DNA from: a candidate division FCPU426 bacterium
GTDB lineage: Bacteria; Oederibacteriota; Muellerivitia; Muellerivitales; Muellerivitaceae
Reading direction: 5' to 3'
Assembly (NCBI GenBank): GCA_963830915.1
Contig: CAWHOE010000026.1
Coordinates: forward strand, 1-25,404
Length of the DNA stretch: 25,404 nucleotides
In this document: positions 1 to 7,828 of the stretch, piece by piece
How positions within the stretch are numbered: position 1 is the first letter of the stretch
Layout: each line of letters begins with the position of its first letter
The notes under the pieces: generated by a model
Told to the model about the DNA's origin: nothing
The model's database searches: none
The model's input: the letters and a program-made list of their open reading frames with translations, nothing else
Made by a program: the position numbers and the translations under genes

Positions 1-2
1 AT

Positions 3-227
3 GGCGAGGTATTCTCGGATAATATTGGGGATTTCACAGCGACCGCTTCTGGGGTTTATAACGACGATTACAACTTGTTCGCCAACATCATGCAAGATGT
101 AACTCCCGAAGTTCGGTTGGCTGTCGAATTTGATGACGCCAATACACATTATCTATCCAATGTGGCCAAACAAACGCAGATCGCGGTTGATAACCGCGTT
201 ATCGTGAGCACTTGGTACAGGTTCTAA
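3..227 (+). CDS. C-terminal fragment of an outer-membrane beta-barrel/porin (DcaP-like), truncated by the window edge
   Basis: Open frame from position 3: ...NLFANIMQDVTPEVRLAVEFDDANTHY...DNRVIVSTWYRF*. It has amphipathic beta strands and a terminal Y-x-F BAM signal, and lies directly upstream of pstS. Confidence 0.65.
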   Translation, partial: GEVFSDNIGDFTATASGVYNDDYNLFANIMQDVTPEVRLAVEFDDANTHYLSNVAKQTQIAVDNRVIVSTWYRF

Positions 228-343
228 GTCGTGAGGCAATCTGAAAAGATTCGCTTTGTAACACTTTGAGGCCATTTTAGGGGCCGCCCGGTAGTCAGGG
301 AACCGGGTCGGCCCCTCTCTCTCCAAAGCGGGGGAGGGGAAAG

Positions 344-386
344 TTTACCTGGACGTAACAAACCAGATGATTCAAATGTCTAAAAT
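344..386 (+). promoter_or_regulatory. PHO-box-like direct repeat and -10 element of the pstS promoter
   Basis: TTTACC (344-349) and GTAACA (355-360) are 11 nt apart and overlap the expected -35 position. TAAAAT lies at 381-386, and a GAGGAG RBS precedes ATG 416. Confidence 0.5.
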
Positions 387-415
387 TCAGCTAGAAAATT
401 AATGAGGAGTAAAGC

Positions 416-1438
416 ATGAAAAAGTTTCAAAAGATCCTAGTCGGGGCCATGGCAGGAGCGGTGTTGTTGAGCTCCCAAATGGTCCTGGCGGGCATGTCAC
501 TCAATGGGGCGGGAGCCACATTCCCCTACCCAATCTATTCCAAGTGGTTTTACGAGTACAACAAGTCGGCCGGGGTAGCCATCAACTATCAGTCGATAGG
601 CTCGGGCGGCGGGATCCAGCAGTTGACGAACGGAACGGTTGATTTCGGGGCTTCCGACGCTCCTTTGACCGATGACCAGATCACCAAGGTCTCCACGGGC
701 GTTCTTCATTTCCCGACAGTCGCCGGGGCCGTGGCGGTCGCTTATAACCTTCAGGGAGTGGACAAGCTCAAACTTGATGCTGATGTTTTGACTGGCATCT
801 ATATGGGGACTATTACCAAATGGAACGATCCGGCCATCGCCGCTTTGAACGAGGGTGTGAACTTGCCGGATGTGAACATCACTGTGGCCCATCGTTCTGA
901 TGGAAGCGGAACAACCAACATATTCACTAATTATCTTACCAAGGTCAGCACTAAGTGGGCCGCCGCGGTTGGTTTTGCCACTTCCGTGAAATGGCCTGTG
1001 GGTGTTGGCGGAAAAGGGAACGAGGGAGTGGCTGGTTTGATCGAGCAAATTCCCGGGACCATCGGTTACGTAGAACTGGCCTATGCGGTCAAGAACAAGC
1101 TTACTTATGTCGATATGAAAAACAAGTCTGGCAGGTTCGTCGAGCCGACTTTGGAATCGACTACAGCGGCCGCTGATGGCGCTTTGCGACGCATGCCGAA
1201 AGATTTCCGAATGATGATTACGAATGCTTCTGGTGAGAAGGCTTATCCGATCTGCGGATTCACCTGGCTGTTGATCAACAAGAGCTACAAGGACGCGGCT
1301 GTCGGCAAGGCGGTCACGGACTTCTTGACCTGGTATTTGGAGAACGGGGAAGCCATGGCGGCTGACCTTTACTACGCTCCTTTGCCAGAGTCGTTGATCG
1401 CGAAGGTCAAGGCCCAGATCGGCATGGTCAAGTACTAA
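416..1438 (+). CDS. pstS: Phosphate ABC transporter periplasmic binding protein
   Basis: GAGATFPYP, YQSIGSGGG, DFGASDAP, HRSDGSGTT and GKGNEGVA motifs; Sec signal peptide ending VLA|G. Confidence 0.97.
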   Translation: MKKFQKILVGAMAGAVLLSSQMVLAGMSLNGAGATFPYPIYSKWFYEYNKSAGVAINYQSIGSGGGIQQLTNGTVDFGASDAPLTDDQITKVSTGVLHFPTVAGAVAVAYNLQGVDKLKLDADVLTGIYMGTITKWNDPAIAALNEGVNLPDVNITVAHRSDGSGTTNIFTNYLTKVSTKWAAAVGFATSVKWPVGVGGKGNEGVAGLIEQIPGTIGYVELAYAVKNKLTYVDMKNKSGRFVEPTLESTTAAADGALRRMPKDFRMMITNASGEKAYPICGFTWLLINKSYKDAAVGKAVTDFLTWYLENGEAMAADLYYAPLPESLIAKVKAQIGMVKY

Positions 1439-1457
1439 TCAGTAGAAAGAGAACGTT

Positions 1458-2576
1458 TTGAATCAGATAGCAGGAACAACCGCGAACGGGAAGGCCGAAA
1501 AGACCTTTCCGTTCGTTTCTTTTTTCAGGACCGGGCTGGGGGACAAGTTGTTCCACGGCTTCACCGGCTTCATGGCTTTGATGATCCTCTTATTGGCTTT
1601 GTTGACCGCCGTTACTTTGTTCATTGCGGCCCTTCCTTCCATCCATGCCTCGGGTTTCAAATTCCTGACCAGCAGCGACTGGGACCCTGTCCAAGGCTTG
1701 TTCGGGTCGGTCCCCTTCGTTTATGGGACCATTATTTCCTCTTTCATTGGTTTACTTATCGCCGCCCCTTTGGGGCTGGGTATCTCCCTATTCTTGACCG
1801 AATTAGCTCCCATGAAAATGCGCGATCCTGTGTCATTCCTCGTCGAGATCCTCGCGGCCATCCCCAGTGTGGTCTATGGTCTGTGGGGCATTTTTCTTCT
1901 GGCTCCCTTCATGCGGGTCCATGTGGACCCTCTGTTGATCAAGAGTGGGAATGTTCTGGTGGGTTTGGTGATAGCCATCGCCGTTTTCATGGCAGTCAGC
2001 GGTTTGGCGGGCCTGTTCTTGAAGGGCATCCAACCTTTCGCGGCCGGGGTCGTGGCAGGTTTGACCCTGGGGATCTATGTAGCCACCCTGAACCTTCCTT
2101 TCTTCAAGGGCCCCTCGACAGGATTATCCCTTTTCACCGCCGGCGTTATCCTCTCCATCATGATCCTGCCCACCATCACGGCCATCAGCCGGGAGGTCTT
2201 CGAGGCGGTCCCCAACAGCTATCGGGAATCGGCCCGGGCCCTGGGTGCGACCAGCTGGGAAACCATCCAATTGGCGGTCATCAAACCCTCGAAAGTGGGT
2301 TTGTTGGGGGCCATCATGCTGGCTTTGGGAAGGGCCTTGGGCGAGACCATGGCCGTTACCATGGTCATCGGCAACAACCCGCAAGTGTCCGTCAATCTCC
2401 TGGCGGCCTCCCATAGCATGGCTAGCGTCATCGCCAACGAGTTCTCTGAGGCGGTCACGGACCTGCATATCGCCGCCCTGGCTGAGATCGGCCTGTTGCT
2501 GATGGTGATCACCTTTGTACTCAACGTCGCGGCCAACCTGCTGGTCTGGTTGACCACCTCGAAATACCAGCGTTAG
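1458..2576 (+). CDS. pstC: Phosphate ABC transporter permease PstC (TTG start uncertain)
   Basis: EILAAIPSVVYGLWG, ESARALGATSWETI, LGRALGETMAVTMVIGN and SVIANEF motifs. Confidence 0.96.
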   Translation: MNQIAGTTANGKAEKTFPFVSFFRTGLGDKLFHGFTGFMALMILLLALLTAVTLFIAALPSIHASGFKFLTSSDWDPVQGLFGSVPFVYGTIISSFIGLLIAAPLGLGISLFLTELAPMKMRDPVSFLVEILAAIPSVVYGLWGIFLLAPFMRVHVDPLLIKSGNVLVGLVIAIAVFMAVSGLAGLFLKGIQPFAAGVVAGLTLGIYVATLNLPFFKGPSTGLSLFTAGVILSIMILPTITAISREVFEAVPNSYRESARALGATSWETIQLAVIKPSKVGLLGAIMLALGRALGETMAVTMVIGNNPQVSVNLLAASHSMASVIANEFSEAVTDLHIAALAEIGLLLMVITFVLNVAANLLVWLTTSKYQR

Positions 2577-2586
2577 GGGACAGGCC

Positions 2587-3438
2587 ATGCTCGACTTGCA
2601 GCAACGAAGACGCCTGGTGGACAGGATCATGCTTTTCCTTTGCGGGTCGGCCGCTTTCCTGGCCATGATCCCCCTGGTCAGTCTTCTTCTATATGTATTG
2701 TTGCAGGGTTTCAAACGCCTGGATTGGGTGTTCTTGACCCATCTACCCACGCCCGTCGGTGTTTCCGGCGGTGGAATGGGCAACGCCATCTTGGGAACCA
2801 TTACCATCATTTGCATCGCCTCGATCGTGGGGCTTCCGATCGGTGTGTTCGCGGGAGTTTATTTATCCGAATACGGCAAGAAGAACCCTTTTGCCTGGTG
2901 GGTCAGGTTCACCGCGGACGTCCTTTCAGGCGTTCCTTCCATCGTGACGGGCATCGTGGCCTATACCTTGATCGTCAGGACCATGCACCATTTCTCCGCC
3001 ATCGCGGGCGGGGTCGCCCTGGGCTTCATGATGATCCCCATCGTCACCCGTACCACCGAAGAACTCATCAAGATGGTGCCTCATTCCATCCGGGAAGCTT
3101 CCTGGGCCCTGGGGGTTCCCCAGTGGAGGACGATCCTGAGCATCGTTATCCGTACGGCCAAGAACGGTATCCTGACCGGCATCCTGCTTTCCATCGCCCG
3201 CATCGCGGGAGAGACAGCGCCCCTGCTTTTCACGGCCTTCAACAACCAGTTCTGGGCCAAAGGCATCAACGAACCCACCGCTTCCTTGACCGTCCAGGTC
3301 TTCACCTACGCCATCTCACCCTTCCAGGACTGGCATGACCAGGCCTGGAGCGGGGCCCTGGCCCTATTGATCCTGGTACTGGCCATCAATCTTTCGGCCA
3401 AATTGTTCTTCAAGAACCCGAGGCAGATGCTTCGGTAG
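2587..3438 (+). CDS. pstA: Phosphate ABC transporter permease PstA
   Basis: [26 protein letters not shown] and [12 protein letters not shown] motifs. Confidence 0.96.
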   Translation: MLDLQQRRRLVDRIMLFLCGSAAFLAMIPLVSLLLYVLLQGFKRLDWVFLTHLPTPVGVSGGGMGNAILGTITIICIASIVGLPIGVFAGVYLSEYGKKNPFAWWVRFTADVLSGVPSIVTGIVAYTLIVRTMHHFSAIAGGVALGFMMIPIVTRTTEELIKMVPHSIREASWALGVPQWRTILSIVIRTAKNGILTGILLSIARIAGETAPLLFTAFNNQFWAKGINEPTASLTVQVFTYAISPFQDWHDQAWSGALALLILVLAINLSAKLFFKNPRQMLR

Positions 3439-3476
3439 TCGTTCGGGGATGTCGGTCGAGGTTAAAGGGGGAATAT

Positions 3477-4352
3477 ATGGAAGACGTGATGGAAAAGGCG
3501 AGAAAAGAGAGGCAACCTGTGGAAACCAACACTTCCAAGCCGGGGACAAGAAAGATCGAGGTCGCGGCCGACGCCGCGGGGTCGGAAAACGCGGCCCTCA
3601 AGATGAAGGTGGATGGCGTGTGCGCCTGGTTCGGGGAAAAACAGGCCCTCTACTCGGTCAACATGGACATCCATGAAAGGGAAGTGACCGCCATCATCGG
3701 CCCCTCGGGTTGCGGCAAGTCGACCCTCATCCGCTGTTTCAACCGCATGCACGAGACCGTTCCTGGTTCCCGTTTCGATGGGGATATCCAATTGGAAGGG
3801 AAAAGCATCTACGACCCTCAGATGGACCCGGTCTATGTTAGACGGCGTATCGGGATGGTTTTCCAGAAGGCCACGCCCTTTCCCACCCTTTCCATCTATG
3901 ACAACGTGGCCATTGGTTTAAGGCTGAACAACGCCACCAAGGATAAAAAGGTCCTGGATGAGACGGTGGAGCGAAGCCTGCGAAAAGCCGCCCTTTGGGA
4001 CGAGGTGAAGGACAATATCCACAAACCGGGAGCGGCCCTCTCCGGCGGTCAGCAACAGCGCCTTTGCATCGCCCGGGCCCTGGCGGTGGACCTGGAAGTG
4101 CTCCTGATGGACGAGCCCTGCTCGGCCTTGGATCCCATCTCGACCTCCAAGATCGAGGAATTGATCCATGAATTACGGCAGAATTATACTATCATCATCG
4201 TTACCCACAACATGCAGCAGGCGGCCCGGGTCTCCCAAAAGACCGCTTTCATGTTGAACGGCAAGTTGATCGAGTTCAATAACACGGAAAGGGTTTTCAC
4301 CAATCCGGAGAACAAGTTAACGGAAGACTACATCACCGGCCGATTTGGCTGA
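3477..4352 (+). CDS. pstB: Phosphate ABC transporter ATP-binding protein with a ~40 aa N-terminal extension
   Basis: Walker [10 protein letters not shown], signature [15 protein letters not shown], Walker [19 protein letters not shown], and C-terminal [10 protein letters not shown]. Confidence 0.97.
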   Translation: MEDVMEKARKERQPVETNTSKPGTRKIEVAADAAGSENAALKMKVDGVCAWFGEKQALYSVNMDIHEREVTAIIGPSGCGKSTLIRCFNRMHETVPGSRFDGDIQLEGKSIYDPQMDPVYVRRRIGMVFQKATPFPTLSIYDNVAIGLRLNNATKDKKVLDETVERSLRKAALWDEVKDNIHKPGAALSGGQQQRLCIARALAVDLEVLLMDEPCSALDPISTSKIEELIHELRQNYTIIIVTHNMQQAARVSQKTAFMLNGKLIEFNNTERVFTNPENKLTEDYITGRFG

Positions 4353-4371
4353 TAAGGAAAGGTTTCATCCC

Positions 4372-5028
4372 ATGCAAATATCTTTCGACGAGGAACTGTC
4401 CGGCTTGAAAGAAAAGATCCTCCTGATGGGCAGCAAGGTGGAAGAGTCCATCCGATTGGCCATGAAGTCCCTGGTGGATAGGGATTCCAAACTGGCCCGC
4501 CGGGTCATCCAAAGCGATCGGGACATCAACGATCTGGAGATCGAAGTTGATGAGACTTGCCACAGGCTCTTGGCCCTGCACCAGCCCATGGCGGGCGATA
4601 TGCGTTTCATCACCAGTTCCATGAAGATCAATTCGGACCTGGAGCGCCAGGGCGATTTGGCCGTCAATATCTGCGAAAGGGCCCTGACCCTGAACGAGGT
4701 GGCCCCCCTGAAGCCCTTCATCGATATCCCCCGTATGGCGGCGATCGCCCAGGAGATGGTCAAGGTCTCGCTGGATTCGCTGGTCAACCGTGACCCGGAG
4801 ATGGCCAAGAAGGTCTGCGAGAGGGATGATGAAGTCGACAACCTGAACGACCAGATCATCCGGGAACTCATCAGTTACATGCTGGAGGACCGGGCCAACA
4901 TCAAAAGGGCCCTGGACCTCATCCTGGTTTCCCGATATCTGGAGCGCATCGCGGACCACGCCACCAATGTTTCCGAGGACGTGATCTACATGGTGCAGGG
5001 GAAGGATATCCGCCACCGCCGGGGTTGA
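4372..5028 (+). CDS. phoU: Phosphate signalling complex protein PhoU
   Basis: Two PhoU repeats (QPMAGDMRFI...DLERQGD; DDEVDNL...LERIADHATNVSE). ATG 4372 follows AAGGAAAGG. Confidence 0.95.
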   Translation: MQISFDEELSGLKEKILLMGSKVEESIRLAMKSLVDRDSKLARRVIQSDRDINDLEIEVDETCHRLLALHQPMAGDMRFITSSMKINSDLERQGDLAVNICERALTLNEVAPLKPFIDIPRMAAIAQEMVKVSLDSLVNRDPEMAKKVCERDDEVDNLNDQIIRELISYMLEDRANIKRALDLILVSRYLERIADHATNVSEDVIYMVQGKDIRHRRG

Positions 5029-5067
5029 TCGAATTCAGGATGGATTTTTTACATGTTGGTTCACTCT

Positions 5068-5094
5068 AGCCCCCTCTTTTGAGGGGGCTTTTTT
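5068..5094 (+). terminator. Intrinsic terminator after phoU
   Basis: AGCCCCCTC-TTTT-GAGGGGGCT followed by a T-run. Confidence 0.85.
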
Positions 5095-5300
5095 ATTTTC
5101 TCGTGAAATCTTTTTGTGGAAATAATGTGACGATAATACGGCGTTTTTTTCTGCCTTGTCGGTTTCTTTCTTTTCGGTGAATTTACAAACCCGTCGTTTC
5201 CCTGAAAACCATCCGTCGAAAAAAAGCGTTCCAATGTGTCCCGTCGAATTGAGAATCTTTGAACTGAACGTGATCGCTTTTTCCTCGGAAGGTGTCCTCG

Positions 5301-7294
5301 ATGGCAGTCCAAGCCCCTGAACCCCAGATCCAAAACGAGTTGGATAACGAGCTCAAAGCCCTGAGCCGCCGGGCGATCCGTACGGACGTGAAGGATATCC
5401 CGGCCGCCATTGACCTGGCGCGGGCTTTCGAGGAATGGGCCTCGCGCGCCGCGCCTTTTTGCGGGGAATGGTGCGGAACATTTCAACGTCAAGCCCAGGA
5501 AGTCATCGCCCAATTGCGGTCGGGCGATTCGACCGCCAAAGGGATCGAACAGCTCCTCCGTTTCCTACTGCAAGCGAACCGTTTCATGGAAAAGGAACGG
5601 AAAGGTAAAAGGGAGAAGGATGGTTTGACTGGGGATATGCTCTCCAAACCCCCTGAGATCGAGCTGGTCGCGCCGGAGGACCAGCATTATGTCAGGCCCG
5701 AGGATACCGGCCTTTTCCAGATGTTCGTACAGGAAGCGCCCGCTTTTTTGACCGCCATCCAGACCCATCTCATGTCCATGAGCACCGGTCAAAGAACGGA
5801 CCTGAACCAGCTGCATCAGCTTTTCCGGGTCTTCCAGGGGCAATGGGCGTTCCTGGGCTTCCTCCATATGGCCGGTGTCTGCGCCAAGTCCCAATCGCTT
5901 TTGGAGTGCTTCCTAACGGCCAAGGCCCCGCCGACGGCTGAAGCGCTGGATGTCCTCCTGATGGCCCTGGGGGCTTGCCGGTCCCAAACGGACCGGATCG
6001 CCCGCGGGTTGCCCCAATCCCGGATCGAGGTTTGGGACGCTTCCTATCTGTTGGAGGAGATGGCCAACCGGGAAGGGAAGGCGCGGGAATCCTTACAGGC
6101 TTCCCAAATCACGGAAAAGAATCCGATACCGATGGAAGAAGGAAAATTATTCCGGATCAGTGAGGAACAATTGGATGACCTCCTGGAACTGTTCGGTGAC
6201 CTTAACCTATCCCAAGTCATCCTCCTGGAAGAAACTCCGGGCGCCCCGCTGAAGGGCAAGGGAGCGACGGAGGCCGCCAAGATGGCCAAGTTGACCCGCC
6301 AAATGCGGGATCTCATCCTTTCATTCCGCATGACCTCCATACAACCGTTGTTCGAAAAGTTGAAAAGAGAGATCGATCTTTTGTCCCGGCGTTCCGGAAA
6401 GCCCGTTGCTCTGACCCTGGAAGGCGAGCGGACCGAGGTGGACCAACAGCTTCTTCCCGTCCTATTCGACTTGATGGTCCAATTGCTGCGGAACGCCTTC
6501 GACCACGGTTTCGAGACAACCCAGGAAAGGGCCAAGGCGGGCAAACCGATGGAAGGGGCCTTAAGGATCAAGGCCAGCCAACAGATGGGTTCCATCGTCA
6601 TGGAAGTGGATGACGACGGTCGTGGCTTGGATATGGAGAAACTCATGGAAAAGGGCAGGGCCCTGGGGATCCTTCGGGAAGAAAAGGTAAGCCAATCCCG
6701 GATCATGGAAATGATCTTCAAGGCGGGAGTGACGACCCTGGACAATCCGGAAGGAACGAGGGGAGTTGGTTTGGATCAGGTGGAAAGCCAAGTGGAATCG
6801 TTCCATGGGTCCATTCGGGTACAGAACCGGTCGGGTCAGGGTTGTAAATTCATCCTTCGGCTCCCAAAAACCCAGGCCTTGATCGAGGGGTGGGTGGTGG
6901 AAGCGGATGGGAAAAGATATTTGCTGCCCCTTTCCCAGGTCCGGAAGGTCACCCATCCAACGCCCCAGGAAAAGAAACGCCTGGTGAGGAAGGGGCTTTG
7001 CCGGAAGTTGATCTGGATCGGTGGCTGGGAGAGGTCGTTGCGGCGGGAAAACCCAAATTCTCAGTGCATGTGGAATCGGGCTACCGGCAGTTCTGTTTAT
7101 TAGTGGATGAAGTGCATGGAAAACAGCAGGTCCTGGTCAGGAAACCAGGAAAGGAAGAAAAACTCAAACCCGGACTCCGGGGGCAGGCCCTTTTGGCGGA
7201 TGGGAAGATCGGCTGGATCCTGGATACCCGGGAGTTGGCCAAGTCGATCGAGAAGGGGACTGAAGGAAAGGAATCCAATGGCACAAACATTTAA
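5301..7294 (+). CDS. cheA: CheA-like protein (pseudo-Hpt, dimerisation, HATPase and CheW-like P5 domains), split by a -1 frameshift near 6968-6985
   Basis: LLRNAFDHGFE (N box), DDGRGLD (G1), RGVGLD (G2) and LRLPKTQALIEG. The P5 tail (FCLLVDEVHGKQQVLVRK...ALLADGKIGWILD) continues in ORF 6890..7294. ATG 5301 follows GGAAGGT. Confidence 0.85.
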
Positions 7295-7754
7295 CGCGGT
7301 GACATTCAGGCTCGTGGACGGCGTTTTTGCCCTGGACGCCCTGAAGGTCCGGGAGATCGTGGGCGCGCAGGTCCGTCAAACCCTGTCGCTGGATGGGGAA
7401 ACCAAGGGTTTCATCCAGTCCCGGGGGAAAACCGTGCCGGTCCTCGACTTGAGGGAAAAATTCGGGTTGGCGAAGAGCGAAAAGGAAGGTCCCCGTTCCT
7501 TCATCGTGGTCCATCCGGGCATGGAGAAAGACCGCTTGGTGGCCCTTCAAGTGGACGCGGCCATGGATATCATCGCCCTTCCAGCGGAGGGTTTGAAACC
7601 GGTGGCCGGACCATTCATGGGGATACCCGGGCATTTATTGCAGGCCGTGATCGATGGACCGGAGGGACCGGTCCATGTGGTGAACATCGAGGAAGTGCTG
7701 GCCGAGGGTCTGACAGGGGAGAGCGTGTTGGTCTTGAAGGATAAAGCGAGCTGA
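7278..7754 (+). CDS. cheW: CheW-like coupling protein (divergent)
   Basis: VTFRL...FALDALKVREIV, GFIQSRGKTVPVLDLREKFGL and VALQVDAAMDII. It overlaps the cheA stop codon. Confidence 0.85.
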   Translation: MAQTFNAVTFRLVDGVFALDALKVREIVGAQVRQTLSLDGETKGFIQSRGKTVPVLDLREKFGLAKSEKEGPRSFIVVHPGMEKDRLVALQVDAAMDIIALPAEGLKPVAGPFMGIPGHLLQAVIDGPEGPVHVVNIEEVLAEGLTGESVLVLKDKAS

Positions 7755-7828
7755 AACGGCCGTCGAAGGGCTGGGCCCCTGTCTGTTTTGCCCCGCCTGA
7801 CAACGGATGAACTCAAAGGAGCGAAGTC

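Noticed and set aside
497..5016. Long antisense and alternate-frame ORFs over the pst genes (for example 2124..2816, 2640..3338, 4333..5016)
   Set aside because: Shadow ORFs expected from GC-rich codon bias; they have no motifs and fully overlap well-supported genes. The same applies to 7835..8911, 12904..13689 and 19922..21031.
5048..5064. TTTACA-N5-GTTCAC, a third PHO-box-like pair
   Set aside because: It lies upstream of the phoU terminator and ~240 nt from the cheA start, so it is too weak to claim phosphate control of the che genes.
7107..7277. N-terminal extension of the CheW ORF
   Set aside because: It overlaps the true cheA C-terminal frame; CheW homology starts at ATG 7278.
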